Positions 47,835 to 48,048 of a stretch of 48,048 nucleotides of DNA are shown piece by piece; within the stretch, counting starts at the first letter, position 1; each line of letters opens with the position of its first letter. A program made the position numbers and the translations under genes. Location: assembly GCA_001784175.1 (NCBI GenBank), contig MFPR01000027.1, positions 45,167 through 93,214 of the forward strand, written 5' to 3'. Under the pieces are notes generated by a model. It saw nothing but the letters and a program-made list of their open reading frames with translations. It was not told where the DNA came from and searched no databases. The DNA is from Candidatus Lindowbacteria bacterium RIFCSPLOWO2_12_FULL_62_27 (GTDB taxonomy: Bacteria; Lindowbacteria; 2-12-FULL-62-27).

Positions 47835-48048
47835 CCCAATTGAGATTCCTTCCTATGCTTGGCCCAAGCTGGATGTTCAATTCGGAACGCACTGCGTTCC
47901 GTTTTCCTGTCGCATCTGATTCATCACGCGGTGAGTGATGAATCGGGGGAGGCCAAATAAAAGTGCCTCTTCCGGTTTTCCTGTGGGTGAATTTTCGAGG
48001 TTGTGAGTCATAATCATCTGGTGCAAGGTGAGATGAGACTGCCAACGG

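Noticed and set aside
47827-48048. Possible 3' end of a minus-strand gene at the right edge
   Set aside because: Two frames are open for a short distance and neither has a recognisable motif; it cannot be called without more sequence.
1-48048. CRISPR array, rRNA, IS transposase, retron or reverse transcriptase
   Set aside because: No regularly spaced repeat-spacer units, rRNA-like sequence, DDE/HUH transposase or RT motifs were seen.

Overview
High-GC Gram-negative bacterial DNA in two parts. Bases 1-16.8 kb are housekeeping and envelope genes: a membrane sensor histidine kinase (partial), an LplT-Aas-type MFS/acyltransferase/acyl-ACP synthetase fusion, DUF2157 and GDYXXLXY proteins, an amidohydrolase, and a minus-strand run of TPR, glutaredoxin-thioredoxin reductase fusion, skp, skp, lpxD, lpxC-fabZ, lpxA, lpxI and a DHH phosphoesterase. 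From ~16.8 kb to the end is an accessory defence island. It holds two complete Type I restriction-modification operons with cargo genes (AlbA_2-ATPase, DUF1016 nuclease, YgjP peptidases, and a nuclease-like/HEPN-like fusion), an AEP-primase/SF2-helicase fusion, and a SEC-C protein. It also carries an intact tRNA-Val(CAC) flanked on both sides by phased CTAAGC repeats, next to a compact int-xis-rep(ori)-cro/cI module with no structural genes. Two ~206 bp structured direct repeats bracket a 19 kb block. At the right end a divergent class III nucleotide-cyclase-like gene is translationally coupled to a type I dehydroquinase (aroD). All calls come from motif recognition by eye; no database searches were run.
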